In this document: positions 43,005-58,269 of the stretch, one piece after another
Numbering within the stretch: position 1 is the first letter of the stretch
Layout: each line of letters opens with the position of its first letter
NCBI GenBank assembly: GCA_964016885.1
Contig: OZ024742.1
Span: forward strand, 106,702,001 to 106,766,000
Origin: Eledone cirrhosa
Taxonomy: Eukaryota
DNA: 64,000 nt
Direction: 5' to 3'
Made by a program: the position numbers and the translations under genes
The notes under the pieces: model-generated
What the model was told of the DNA's origin: nothing
Database searches by the model: none
The model's input: the letters and a program-made list of their open reading frames with translations, nothing else

Positions 43005-44067
43005 GTCAGTCTGTCTAATATAAATGAACTGTTTCATTCATTTGAAATCATTAGGAAAAGACCCTGGTGATTTTAAATGAATGAAACAGTTCTAGTCTTG
43101 TAGAAGTCATTTCTATTAGACAGACAGATATAATAAAGATAAATAGATCAAAAGATCAATAGATTGAGAGGGAGAGCTAGTAGAGAGAGAAACAAAGACA
43201 GAACGAGAGAGAGACAGAGAGAAAGAGAGAGAGAGTGAGGGGGAAACAAAAAGTGAGATACAGTGGACCCTTTTCTAAAGAATCTAACTAATTCGTTACA
43301 GAGCCTCATCAACTAACGTATGTGAATTTAAGGACAATATATATATTGAGGACTGTTCGAGTTCACCTTTTTCCGGTGCATGAAGTTCTTTACCCGTTTT
43401 TTCTGATCTATGATTGAAAGTGGTGGATTAATTTTGTGGTTATTTGCCTTGGGACACACACATTTCAAATTGTTCCAATGCTTATTAAGTCAACTACTCT
43501 GTTTAAAATTGTGTTTGTTTGTTTGTTTGTTTGTTTGTTTTTCTTTTGTTTCGTTTTTTTTTCTCTCTCAATTTATAGCTGTATAACATTGTTTGCCTGT
43601 GCAATATCTATGACATTATCCGGATTGCTATTATTCATTATCAACATGAAATTGTTCATTATTAACATGAATTGGATAACCTTCTGCAAACACAAATAGA
43701 ACGTATTCGGTAAACGAAAACATTAACAAACGGGAGTATACATTAATGAAACTATTAGATAAAATTCATTCTTTCTATTCCATCAATCTAATCGCAATCA
43801 ATATCATAGAAAATGTATCGCTACAAAATTTCATAAAAAAATATCCCGTATTAAGCAAGTTATGAGGAAACAAAGTTGGGCGTAGTGGAGGGAAGATTAA
43901 ACTGGAGTTATGCCATGTTACTTGGTTTTGTACTCGTTACTTTTGTATGGAAATCTGTCGGTGATATGATTTTATTCATTACCAAAAGCAGGCGTACGTT
44001 AACAAAGCGTCCATGTGTGTTTATATATATGTGTATATATATATATTAATATTTATTTATTTATTTA

Positions 44068-44137
<70 letters not shown>

Positions 44138-44194
44138 AAAATGAGGTTTTTTTCAAAATGAAAAGAAAACGAGATGTCCTACACGAGTGAAAGT

Positions 44195-44447
44195 ATAAGG
44201 AAAAAAGATTAAATCGAAAATGCAACTGGAGTCTTTTTAAGAATATTTATTTGTTTCCTTTACCGGTTTCACAGTTCTTATGCGTTTCAAAAGTAGAATT
44301 TAGATGGAGGATGCGAGAAAAACCACAAACCCTCCATCTCAATTCTACTTTTGAAAAGCATAAGAACTGTGAAACCGGTAAAGGAAACAAATAAATATTA
44401 TTTAAAAGACTCCAGTTGCATTTTCGATTTCAACTTTTTTCCTTATA
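44195..44447. repeat. Fold-back (~115-bp arms) in (TA)n carrying a half-hammerhead-like GAAACCGGTA
   Basis: Arms 44195-44310 / 44331-44447; GAAACCGGTA at 44371-44380. Confidence 0.8.
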
Positions 44448-44460
44448 TATATATATATAT

Positions 44461-45559
44461 ATTAACATACTAACATCCCTCCCTTCTTCCCCCCCCCCCT
44501 CCTTATCACACGCACACACCCACCGGTACATATATACACGCGCTCACACTAAACACACACCCTACTACCACCACTAACCCTCACCCCCACACATCCACCC
44601 CACCACCCCGCAACTAACATCACTAACACCCCCTGACCCCAAGCACACGAACACACACACCCACTTACACCACCCACCCTACACGCAACTAACATCACTA
44701 ACACCCCCCAACCCTACGCACACGTACACACACACCCTCTTACACCACCCACTCTACACACCCTACCACCACTGACCCCCACTCACACCCGCATTCAACC
44801 CTTTCTCCACCTCCTGTATACTAACACCCACTAACACCCCCTTCACCACACACACACACCAGTACACTACACTCCCTCCATCGTCCCCCACACCCTTCTC
44901 TCCCCGCTCCACCCACACCCTTTCTCAAACACTCACTCATCCCACTAACACCTCTACTAATACACACACACCCCCTCCACACTCCAACTTTCACACCTAC
45001 CCATCCTCTCCCCTGTCCACCGCACACACTGACACACCTTCACTTACCATTCTACCCTACTGCTGCTATGCCCTCTGACCACCTCCCCGCACACACAGAC
45101 ACACAACACTCCTCCTGCTTTGACCCTCTGACCACTTCCTGTTGCGCGCGCACCCCACATCTCCCTTCTTCCAACCAATCTCTTCACGGATTACACATAC
45201 TCCCTTCTTCCAACCAATCTCTTCACGGATTACACATATGTGAACCTTGATCCCGAGAATCCACCGCATCCCCGGATTTTACTCAGCATTCCACCACTTC
45301 TTTTTACGGAATTACCTTTTTGACTCACCCCACACACACACCCAACAAAAATTTTTTTCCCGCACGCCACCTACATCCACAACACGCATAAACACCACAC
45401 ACACACACGTGCGTACCACCACATATTTACACATTCAGCCTCCGGAATCCTCTCCCCCCACCCCTCTATCCACACACGCACACACACTCCGACCTACACC
45501 CCACCCACACACACCTCTTCCTGCACATGCAACCCCGTTCTTCCCCCAACCCTAGCTTT

Positions 45560-45596
<37 letters not shown>

Positions 45597-45970
45597 ACAC
45601 CTACACACACACACACCACCTTCAGCCCTCCCCGCTCGGACACCCCGTCTCCCTCTCCCCACTCCACCCGCCACCACCCCTACACGCCCCACATCTTTCC
45701 ACCACCTGTTTTACCCCATTTTAATTTTATTTTGATCATGCCTTTATTTTTAATTTCATTTGCACCGTTTCCTCTCACCCTTTTTTGCTATATGTCTTTC
45801 CACCACTCCCCTACACACCCTTTGAACTCTCTTCCCACACACTTTTCACCTGAAGAAGGGCTTATGCCAGTAACGTCGTTCCCCACCACCACCCCACTCT
45901 CAAGAGCGTGAAATTAATAAACCTTTGTTTGTACTGCCTCTCTGTTTTGTTCCTGTTCAATTTTTCACTA
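44461..45970 (+). mobile_element. Highly decayed C/A-rich putative Penelope-like element ending in a degenerate HHR
   Basis: CTGAAGAAGGGCTTATGCCAGTAACGTCG at 45850-45878 (GAAA changed to GTAA); followed by AATAAA and (TA)n; coding similarity not demonstrable by eye. Confidence 0.4.
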
Positions 45971-46360
45971 TATATATATATATTATTTTATTTTGTTTTG
46001 TTATTTTGTTGCATGATCCAGCATTTTATAATGGTACTCACAATTAAATTGTGCGAAACCATTTTGCTGGTTTGAGAGCTGATGAAGGTGAAGATGTGTG
46101 TATGTGTACATCGCCTTTCTTTATTTCCTTCCTGCAGTCACGTCTATGTGCCAACACACATATCCTTGTCCTCTTCTTCTTTCAATCTTTTCTATATTTC
46201 ATCTGCCTGTCACCCACCTTATAGATTGTATCTCTGTTGACCACTGGCCGCTGGTCTCTGTCATCTGAGGAATGAATTTTTGCCCAACGCTATTTAGCTG
46301 TGTTAACGGCTGTTCTAGAGTTTTCTCATTTTTATAAGTATACATATATACATATATTTT

Positions 46361-46443
<83 letters not shown>

Positions 46444-46559
46444 ATATATATATATGTATGTATGTGTATGTGTGTATGTGTGTGTGTGTAAAGTAAACAG
46501 AAATAGCAAAGCAAACCACGCAGTACAAAGAAAAAACACCCGTGCATATTCAGTAGCCA

Positions 46560-46685
46560 TCTATCTATCTAGGGCGGGTAAAATTCCCGAGATCCATGGA
46601 CGAGTTCTCTCCAGCGGTCTCTGTCTCTCATTATCGCTGCCATGTCCTGCGTCTCCTACAGACCAGTGTCTGTCCTTAGCAGCCA
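46560..46685 (-). mobile_element. RTE-type LINE 3' end fragment with (GATA)n tail
   Basis: Minus strand encodes MAAIMRDRDRWRELVHGSRE, followed by (GATA)n. Confidence 0.55.
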
Positions 46686-47156
46686 TATATCCATATATGT
46701 ATGTACATGTGTGTACATACACACATACACATACACACAATTTAGATGATCATATTCAATAGAAGAATTTAAGCATATAACAACAATTTAATCTAATTAT
46801 AATTGAAGACATCTTTGTGTGTACGTTCGACAACTGAATATTGTACGAAACCCAATTCATAGTTCACATATATTACAAGATAGTTTTTCCAAATATGGGG
46901 GCCACGAAGCGGTGGCTATCATATTTATAGAGGTTAAACAACTGCTTTTTCTCCCACTGATGGTCATGTAATATGACAGGAGATAAAACAACTGCAGTTT
47001 ATCCAGTATTCAGTAGAATACTGTACAACCGAATAGACCACTACACTAAGACGTAGACGGTCCTGTCATAATGTTTTCTGTCATATCTCGTCTGTACGAT
47101 TAACCATTTATATTAAAATAAATATGTGTGTGTTTGTATGCATTTAATACATACGC

Positions 47157-47197
<41 letters not shown>

Positions 47198-48225
47198 CGC
47201 ACACACGCACACACACACATACACACACACGCACACACAAACAAACATTTAGAATGTATTTATGTAGGCGTTTTGTACGTATGGTGCTTACTTGATTGCC
47301 CTTGTATATACGGAATTGTGTGTTGATGTATATGTTTATATGCCGGATGTTGCATTCATTATGATGTAAGAATCATATATATATGTTTGAGCGAGTGTTT
47401 GTGTACGAGTATCTTTGCTCTATATCTTACGTTCATATTCACACGCACGTCAATTACTCATACACGTCTCTCTCTCTCTCTCCCCCCATATATATATATG
47501 TGTGTGTGTGTGTGTAGTGCCGGAAGTTTAGGATAAAAACCCAAATATGAGATTGCTATTATGTGGAGTCTTCTATTGAAAGTTACTTCCGGTTAGCTTT
47601 CGATCAATGACCGTCCTTATTTTCAACGCGAAAGTATCAGGGCCACAAACTACCAACCCCAACATCAACATAAAATCATTTTAAATAACAAAACAAAGAA
47701 GAGGGAGAGAGAGATCTTAAAAAGTTGTGCTCAAAACACAAAACAAAAGCAACACAACTCACAGGGCGGACCAACTTATCTTCTACCAACATTAGGATGC
47801 CGGAGAAGCTCCCAACCCACTATAACAACGGGTTTCGAAATTCAATTTCTTTTCAATCGATACGCTTAATTCTCCAATGTCCCTCGTTGTTCAGCTTTGG
47901 CCTTAAGTGACCAAGCATAACGTTAATTTTTAACATACTTTTTATAATTACTTTTAAAAATTTAGCATAATATATTATAAACTAAACATGTGGATTGATT
48001 TTTACAGTTATTGTTTATTATGTTTTATAATATTTCCCGTTATTTTTCTGTCAAAGTAGTTAGTATCAGATATAATATTAAATTAAAATCATTTTTAATG
48101 ATATTGCATATTTTATTAATAAATTAATTGCAACAACTAAACGCATCGTTCCTTTTATACAATGTCAAAAAGGTTAGGTGATTGGAACTATTTTAGTAAA
48201 CAAATTAGACTAAAGATGAGGCTGA

Positions 48226-49355
48226 GTGCTTAAGTGTTGTTGTGGTTCAGTTACTCAACTATTCAATAAAATCACTGGAATTGACTTCAAGAAAAAGAAT
48301 GAAGCAAAAGGACAAAAATCTTTAACTTCATTTCTTATTTCAAAATCTATTGAAGAAGAAATTGCAAAACATGCTACCATTGGTAGCTTTAGCTTTAATT
48401 CCCTTGCTTCGTGGAAATTTATTCAAGAATGCCTAGCTAAAAGCAAATATGTCAAGCCCTCTCTGTTAAGCCATTCTGTTCGCAAAATGGTAAATAACTT
48501 CTATGAATAAATGAAGTCTTAATTAATATATTATTTTAAAAACTTGATTAGCCAAAAAATCTTATTTTGTATCACCCATCCAAAATTTTAAATACATAAA
48601 TATGCATCTAAAAATAAATTATTTGTTCTTGGAAATGATTAAAATTTTAGGAAAATTTGGTGGCGCCAAAACCTTTGAAATTGTGAAAAAGAAGGCAATT
48701 AATTTCGGCCTTGGCTTTGATGAACACACAATGGAGATCTAAAACTGGTGGTGTATCAGTTATGACAGTTTGGAAGAGAATTGTTTTTCCCAGCATCTAG
48801 CTTATGTCTAACTTATACAATCCATTTAGCTATTTCTTCAGTTTTGTACAAAACAAAATCAAGAAGTGAATATCATGAAAGAATTAATATATGAAAACGA
48901 GGAAAGTGAAGATGAAGTCGTTATAGCTACTTCTAATGAAGTTTCAAGTGAAACTGAAAACAATAATGATTCAAATGAAGAATTAAAAAGTCCCTTTTTA
49001 AATAACTTTTGGACTGGAATAAACAAGGTTAGGAGAATTTGTCAAATTTTTCGGAAGTCTCTGTTGAAAGTTGAAAAACTCCAAGATTTTGTTGAAGATC
49101 GTTTTAACAGTAAAGAAGTTAAACTGATTCTGTTGCTGTCAAACCATATGGAACAACCACTTAAGTATGATAGAAATGTTTTTTATTGAAACAGTGGGTC
49201 CCCAACGCATGTGTTCAAGAGAAGCATCGTTATTGACTGATGAGGTTTCTTTCTTTGCAATTTCTTCATTAAGCAATTCAAATACAGAGTGTTTTATTAG
49301 AGATGTAGTAATGAAAAGGTTAAAGATTATTTATCTAAGTGTAGTTGTCATTTAA
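48226..49355 (+). pseudogene. hAT-family transposase remnant
   Basis: Fragments SFSFNSLAS..FIQ, CLTYTIHLAI (CxxH-like), INKVRRICQIFRKS..LQ, TIWNN..MIEMF (TRWNS-like), with stops and frameshifts. Confidence 0.7.
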
Positions 49356-49826
49356 GCCATTTTCTACAGAATTTAGAAAAAGAGCTTTGCTAATTAGTAT
49401 TCTCCAAGCCGGTTTCTAAGTGTACCAATTAATTACTGTATTTTAACTTTGTAAGCATTAATTTAAAAAAAAGACTTTAAAACTTTTTTGTTTTTATATT
49501 AGAATAGCAATTTTTAAAAAAATATATGTAGAATTTTTTAATACCGATATCAGTAAAGAAGCCGGTTTAAATACCAGTATTGGAACGTTCGATACTTTAA
49601 CACATCTAGTTGTAAGTGGATAGTTTGAAGCAGACGAGTTTTGAAGCTAAGTGAAGATAGCTATTATGTGCGGCGAATTGGCAGAGTTGTTAGAACGAGG
49701 GACAGAATGCTTTGCAGTATTCGTTCTTGCTCTCTCTGCTCTCTAAGTTCAAATCCCACTGGAGTCAACTGTGCCTTTTCTCCTTACGGGGTCGATAAAA
49801 AAATGTACCAGTCCAGTACTGAGATA

Positions 49827-49861
<35 letters not shown>

Positions 49862-50314
49862 TCCGACATGGAGAGAGGATGGGCTCCACTAGATTCAAGA
49901 TGCCCAAGACACACCGTAAGTCATGGTGGCGCTCCGACGATACCGTCAGGAGATATGGCTTTATATATACATACAAACTGGTTTTTGGTAGTGGCCGTGT
50001 GTTCTTATCCTATTTGTAATTGAAAATATGTTTCACAATGCTGAGAGTCGTGTCTACATTTTGACAAATCTTATATTTTGTCCGTTATCTCTCTAACATC
50101 TTACACAATAGCGTGATGGTGGCAGTGTAGCATACATAGTGTAGTACACACACACACACATATATACATACATATATATATATATACATATGTATATAAA
50201 TATATATATATGTGTGTGTGTGTGTGTGTAGGAACTACTACAGTGGACTGAGTGTTTCGTGGTGACTGGGATCCACCATGTTATGATCATGGAAGTACGA
50301 TCGAGCTCAGCAAT

Positions 50315-50620
50315 TAGATTGTCCCACAAGGCATTGTATTGGAACCACTTCTTTTTATTTTTTTACGTCAATGATATCAAAGACGTCATCAAGCATAACA
50401 AAATACAAAAATCTTCTCTTACGTCTCCAATCACCAGAAAGTTTTCAATGGAGTTGAAGGCTCGACGTGCCTTCAATCGGATCTGCTCACGGAAAAAAAA
50501 AGGCAATATGCTACTAAACGAGACTAGACTTGAGTTAATTCCCTTTGGAAAAGAAGATGTGAAACCCTCGTGCTACCCAACAAAACTAGAGACCTTGGAG
50601 TAACTATCAATAACAGCTTC
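50315..50620 (+). pseudogene. CR1/L2/Jockey-group RT fragment
   Basis: VPQGIVLEPLLF...YVNDI motif across a frameshift. Confidence 0.6.
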
Positions 50621-50637
50621 AGCCAGAGTATCTACAT

Positions 50638-50955
50638 CAGAGGTTCTCAAAGTGGGCGCTACCGCTCTCTTGGGGGCGTTGGGGGCCTAAGGAGACGGTG
50701 GGGTGGCGGTAGAGATGATATAATAGTATAATAGTATATTAAATATCAAATGATACATATATATATAAATATAATAAAATAAAAAAAGATATAATATATA
50801 TTTATACATAGTATATATTATATTATTTATTGAATATAAATGAACGATTTTATCTATTATATATTATTCACGGGTCTCTCTGGAAATAGGGTTGGGGGTG
50901 CTGAAAATATTACCTGGCCATGAGGGGGGGGGGGGGGGGGGGTTGAGAACCTCTG
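50638..50955. mobile_element. hAT MITE with perfect 8-bp TSD
   Basis: TIRs CAGAGGTTCTCAA / TTGAGAACCTCTG; TSD ATCTACAT at 50630-50637 and 50956-50963. Confidence 0.9.
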
Positions 50956-52357
50956 ATCTACATAACTACTAATGGTGAGGTGGGAAGTGGTTGTGGTGTT
51001 TCTGAATGTAGTGAAGGTGGCAGCGTTTGTGGGAACAATAATGGTGATGATTGTGTGATGATGTTGGCGGGAATGTAACACATCTATACCATGTCGTCGC
51101 GTATCCGTGAAATCGGCTTAACAAAGAGATTCTCGTAAGCTCAGCGGACACTGCCATCAACTAACCAAACTGATTCGAGAAGTGGAGTATCTAGTAACCT
51201 GCATTTGATGTTGTCGGAGGGGAGGCGTTCTTGTGGTGTTGGTGGTGGTGGTGGTGGTGGCGTCGATGGTGACGGCGGTGATTGTGGCTGAATTATTAGT
51301 GATGGTGGAGGTAGTTCTTGTAGGAGGTTTGGTGATGATGGTGTTAGCGTGGGTGTCGCTGTATGGTAATGGTATGGTTTTTATTGTGGTGGAGATGGTG
51401 ATGGAATTAGTGATATTAGTGATGAAGATAATATTGACGTTAATGGTGATGATGATATAAAAGAGGAGGGGGGGGAATAGATGGCACATGAAAACATTGT
51501 GGTGGTTCTGGTGGCAATAGTGGGGGGGGGGGATTGGTGGAGAGGATAGGATATCAGCGGAGAAGTTAGTAACAATGGTTAAAGCGGTCTTGGTGGCGGT
51601 TGGGTGGTAGTAGTGACGGTGGGGGTAGTGGTGATGAGGGTGGGAGAGGAGTTGACGGCGGTGATGATTTTGCTGCAGTTGCGGGTGGTGGTGGTGCTTT
51701 TGGTGATGGTGGTAATGGTGGTGGTGGTGTGCTCCTGGCTGTAAGCAAATGAGCAGAAGACAACTTAAAAGAGCGACAAGAAAGAAAGGGGGGGTTGGTG
51801 GGGGTGAAAGGTGAGGGACGAGAGAAAATAGCAGAATGAGTAAACAGAAAGTAAAAAAAGGAGAGAGGGGGAAAGTACTCAAAGAAAGAAGACAAGAAGA
51901 AAAGAAAATGAATGGTTCCTAGTGGAGATTATCATCAGAATGCGTTTATCATTTGAGGTTTAATGTTCAACACACATTAGCGCGAAAGAATAAATCGTTT
52001 GACAGCCATTTCACTTTAGATACGGCCATCTTTCTTTCTATGCCGGCAAAAAGAATTCTGTGGAAAACGACATAAATAACAGCTAACATAGCGATAATTC
52101 TAAAACGGTGTGAAAAGAATTTGTAAGAAAAAGAAAGAATGGTGTTGCTTTGCTAGCTAAGCTATCGGTTCGGTTAAATATCGACAAAGATAGAAAGATC
52201 GCGCCCGAGTGAACACAAGATCTTTCAGTGTAATTGGGTGGTTACATAATTACGCATTTCCACAGAGGGGAAATATACCGACAGAGAAATTTGTAAAGTG
52301 AACACAAAAGGAAACCCGACCGAAAGAGTATGTATGCATTTATTCATATATACATAC

Positions 52358-52405
<48 letters not shown>

Positions 52406-52613
52406 GTATGTATGTATATATATATGCATATACATGCGTACTAGTCTAGTATATATATACATATATATATACACATATACACACACAATATATATATATA
52501 TATATATACGTACATATATATATATACATATACATGTGTATGTGTATATAAATATGATTGTGTATGTCTATATATATATATGTATGAATGTGTGTGTTTA
52601 TATGTACATATAT

Positions 52614-52957
52614 AAAGAGTTTTAACGTTTTGGACACTAGTCATTCACCAGAAGACAGAATGAGCAATAAAAGATGAAATAGAAAGATAGAGGGTAAGAG
52701 ACGTAGAAACGTTTTTGTTTAGAAAAACACGTGTGTACTCTGTCAGCTATTTTGGAGAAAACATATACATGCGTACTATTACATATACATATATATATGT
52801 AATAGTACGCATGTATACGTTTTCTACAAAATAGCTGACAGAGTACACACGTGTTTTTCTAAAAAAAAAACGTTTCTACCCCTTCTTACTATTTCATCTT
52901 TTATTGCTCATTCTGTCTTCTGGTGAATGACTAGTGTCCAAAACGTTAAAACTCTTT
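52614..52957. repeat. Fold-back (~165-175-bp arms) with a degenerate HHR in each arm
   Basis: GTCTT-CTGGTGA-ATGACTAGTGTCC-AAAA-CGTTA at 52915-52948 and its reverse complement at ~52620-52658. Confidence 0.8.
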
Positions 52958-53037
52958 TTCTACTATAACAAGCGCTAAACTAATATATTTCTTCATTGAA
53001 CAGTATCGTTTTCTTCGTTATTTCTGATTAATTTTAT

Positions 53038-53082
<45 letters not shown>

Positions 53083-53156
53083 CATTATAAAGAAACGGCA
53101 CCACACAAACTCAGGGATATATGTATGTATTCGCATGTATCTGTGTATTTCTTTTT

Positions 53157-53208
<52 letters not shown>

Positions 53209-53383
53209 TATTACACAGAGAGGAGTGTGTTACACAGTGAGATGTGTGTAAAGAATTATTACATGTGAGTTTAACCGTTACTGTATGGGAAACAACACCT
53301 ACAGGTTGTCAATTAAATAGAAAACTAAGTCAGAATCAAATCTCCGAAGTAGAATTTTAAATTACCAACCTTATACCTATAAG

Positions 53384-53459
53384 CTTGCTGCTACGAATCT
53401 ATTTCGTTTCGCCACTGAATTGTGTAGTGTAAAAGTTCACAGGGTCCTCAGTCAGCAAG
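53384..53459 (-). ncRNA. Type I hammerhead with full stem III
   Basis: Minus strand: CTTGCTG-A-CTGAGGA...GAAA-CGAA-ATAGA-TTCG-TA/G-CAGCAAG; base of stem II imperfect; inside (TA)n island 53211-53498. Confidence 0.65.
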
Positions 53460-53495
53460 TGTGGAATTGTTAGCTACACATCTAGCCTAATGGAA

Positions 53496-53580
<85 letters not shown>

Positions 53581-53720
53581 AAGTTTTATTTAAATTGTTG
53601 GGTTACAGCGAGTAAATATTTATAACTGATATAAAAGCACTCAACAAGTATTTGGAAGTAAATGGAAGTTGAAGTTGTAAGGTATGTCAAATCTATCTAT
53701 TCATAAGACTGTTTATATTG

Positions 53721-53786
53721 TATTTTGTCTGAAGAAGGGATACCATATTTTTAATATGATATCCCTGAAATATATATAATGAAATA
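53721..53786 (+). ncRNA. Family B hammerhead ribozyme in a 252-bp (TA)n-flanked element (53577-53828)
   Basis: TATTTTGT-CTGAAGA-AGGGATACCATA..TATGATATCCCT-GAAA-T-ATAT-A-TA/ATGAAATA; stem I kept via G-U pairs. Confidence 0.85.
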
Positions 53787-53827
53787 AATATGGTTTTATA
53801 AATATAGTTTCCATTTATTTAATATCG

Positions 53828-53866
<39 letters not shown>

Positions 53867-53910
53867 ATATAAAATATAATATATATTATATATATATATA
53901 TATAATATAT

Positions 53911-53998
<88 letters not shown>

Positions 53999-54015
53999 GT
54001 CTATGTATATATGTA

Positions 54016-54049
<34 letters not shown>

Positions 54050-54193
54050 CCATTTATGTCTTGCAGCATGATCGGATGATGAAGCTGGGCTATCGAAGTA
54101 TATATACTAAAATTCTGAAGTAAATTTCCAGCTCGGCCTCCTGTTGTTTTTTTATGAATGTATATGAATATGTGTGTGTGTGTGTACATATAC

Positions 54194-54243
<50 letters not shown>

Positions 54244-54344
54244 ATGTATATTTGTATATATACATACATTTATACATGTATATATACATAATTAGATGTC
54301 TATAGATATATACACACACACATATATTCGTACTAGTGCTAATA

Positions 54345-54383
<39 letters not shown>

Positions 54384-55630
54384 AAGCCCATTCGATATGT
54401 TTATTAAATATAAAGAAGTATTAGTGCACGTATGTATCGCATGTGTGTATGTTGTATATGCCTATATATATCGAGAGAGAAGAGCAGCGAAATATTTGTG
54501 GGTGGTGGTGTGAGATTTGGTAGAGGAGAGGTTCGTAGTTTTTGTTAAATAAAATAAAGTATATAGAGATAAATTCGCTTCATTGTTCGTCATTGTGTTT
54601 TAATAACGGTTAGAACGAACTGTGGTTGATTTGGGAATAATATATTATTGCATTTTCTTTGCTTCTTATTTTCCTTTTTATTTTTTAAAGATTTTCTGAA
54701 ATGCTTTGCAACTGAAAGAAACATATTTACATGAAAATATTCGTTACTGATGGTAAAAAGGACATCACTTTTTATGATTATTTTTGACTGCGATATGTTC
54801 ATTGTAACCTTGTCTTCATGATTCAAACAAAAAAAAAATCACTTCTCATGAATACATAGCAAAGATCAAAGCTGAAGTCTTGAATTTATGAATACTACCC
54901 AATGGTAACGGGCGCCATTTTTTACGCTCCACTAACCAGGGTATCAAGCATCAGCTGATAACGCAAATCACTGGAGATTGTTATTAAAATAGCGTGCTTA
55001 GCTGCAGCTAAATTGTGGTTCATTCAAAAGGTGCTACGAAATTATGGTAAAAAAAAAAAAATTAAATATATTATTTTCTTTAGTTTGCAAAACAAGTTCA
55101 ATCCCAAGGGACAATAAATGGAGGCATTGCCGAGAAGAAAAAAGAAAAGAGTGGGGAAGAGAGAAAAAAAAAGAAGAAAATTATCAGTGGTATCATGTCT
55201 TCACATTTTTATATTCACATACACGCATAAGCACATATATATGTCTGTTATACATGCATGTATATATGTGGGTGTGAGTGAATATTTGTATATATATAGA
55301 AATATGTATACATAGTTCAAGATTGAACACGGGGATACAATTACACAAAATCTTATGAGTGTCACGCTTGTTAGAAAACGTTAAGGAATGTCTCAACGTA
55401 TCGACCGTTTGTCCTTCATCAGGAGGAATAAAGTTAGAAGAAAGAACAGGCTGAATATGGGAAGTAAAACAAAACACCTATGTATTTATAGATGTACATA
55501 TATGTATATTTATACATATATGTATATGAGTATATATGTATGCTATATATGTATATATGTTTATCCCGGGTTCAATCGGGGGTAACCACAGTAAGTAAGG
55601 TACTCAATACATAGCAGAGTATAAATATTT

Positions 55631-55753
55631 AATATAGAAATGGCTTCTACAAGACTAGAACTGTTTCATTCGGGAGAAATAGTCAGCGCTTCCTAATGAT
55701 TTCATTTCTCCCAAATGAAACAGTTCTAGTCCTGCAGAAGCCATTTCTATATT
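55631..55753. repeat. Fold-back element; related copy at ~43005-43127
   Basis: AATATAGAAATGGCTTCT.CA.GACTAGAACTGTTTCATT arms in both. Confidence 0.75.
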
Positions 55754-56028
55754 ATATATATACTTATACATATTTATATACATATATATACACACACACA
55801 GATAGAAGTGGGTGTGTGTGTTTGTGTGTGTGTGTGTGTGTGTCTCTGTGTCTGTGTGTGTGTACTGAGAAGTGCGCCCATAGCTGAAATATATGGTAAA
55901 GTTATATTTGTATAAATACAAAGTGTGTAACCGAAACTGCACCAGTGTATTTACACATATCTAATATGTAGGCATATAGGCATACCAGAAAATACGAATT
56001 TCCATATAAATTGAAAAAAATTATAAAT

Positions 56029-56073
56029 ATCTTTAATCGATTTTCAGATCTAATTGGACCTTCATCTGAAGAC
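56029..56073 (-). ncRNA. Hammerhead motif with U4A core change
   Basis: Minus strand: GTCTT-CAGATGA-AGGTCCAATTAGATCT-GAAA-A-TCGA-T-TA/AAGAT. Confidence 0.6.
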
Positions 56074-57211
56074 GTGTATATCATCCAATCAACCACAAAG
56101 AGACATATAATTGATGGGTATATATACCCATTCGCTCTTAATATTATTATGAAATTGACGTACTAATTTGCATATGGTGTTGGTAAACTTCCGAATTTTA
56201 ATTTTTTTTAAATTACGAAAATAGAGCTCTTTATTGTCGAAGTTACATACAGAGAGAAAGCATTTGAATGTGTAAGGATCTTTTCAGCAGATCCTTACAT
56301 ATTCTGATTCTATATTGTGGCAACACCGATACCTGGCTTGTACTGTTTTTTCTGTGTATACCGATGACGATATTATGGTCAATGTATAATTTTTCCAAAC
56401 ATGTCCGCAAAAAACAAAGATCTATAGTTAAGGAAAAAAAACAAAAACAAAACAAAAAAAGCAAGAAAAGAAAAGAAAGTAATTGTAAATCTAAAACACA
56501 TTTTCAAAGTCAAGAAGTTTGTGAAAAGATTTATTCATTTATTTCACAAACATGTGACTGTTGAGTCATTTCATATATGCTTAGATTAAAATGGAAAAAT
56601 ATGGAAATAATAAAAATTACAACTTTCTTCTTTCGATATCCATATTGAAATCGATATGTGGGGATTGATGTGGCTTCGGTGTCCGAGCATCTGCAAAAGA
56701 GAAAGAAAATATAAATTTAAAAAATATATATTCAATTTAAATTACTGTTGTTATATTTATTATGTCCACAATAAAACAATGGGAATACATGTCTGGACAA
56801 AATTCCTTACTCTGTGTGTATAAGTGCTTGTGGAGGATATATGCGTGTGTGTATGTGCGCGCGCGCACGTGTGTGTATGCGTACGTGTGTGTGTGTGCGT
56901 ATATGAATGCATGTTGTAGTTTTCTTGAGGCATTGCAGAGTTTAAAATATAGGGGTATAGAAAGCCATGACACTACAGTTTAGGAACAAAGATTAAAATT
57001 TTACTTTAAAGTTATTTAATCCAATATTTCGAGTAAAATATTCTCTTCCCCAGCATGATCTCATGCTGGGCCGCCGCCTTGAAAGAGTTTTAATCGATTA
57101 TATCGATCCCAGTATTTGGTCTAGTATTCATTTTCCGACCGCGTAAGGATGAATGGAAATAAATGCCAGAGGATGCTCTTGTTCGGTGCACCGACTCTAC
57201 CCCCTCACACC

Positions 57212-57922
<711 letters not shown>

Positions 57923-57978
57923 TCGGTAGTGCAAAACAATTTGTTTCATGCGTTTATGTAGTAATACCTTTACGTGCA

Positions 57979-58060
<82 letters not shown>

Positions 58061-58269
58061 TATAATATTTCTGCTTTCGATCAAAATAAATTTAACTGTT
58101 ATTACAGTTTCCAGTGTCATTGTTACTTATATTGTCCATTCACTCAGGAATGTATGTATGTATGTATGAAGGCATGTATTGTATGTATGTATGTATGTAT
58201 GTATGTATGTATGTATGTATGTACGTATGTATGTACGTATGTATGTACGTATGTATGTATGTATGTATG

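Noticed and set aside
51157-51895. His/Thr/Pro-rich 241-aa ORF
   Set aside because: Degenerate (GGT/GAT)n low-complexity sequence
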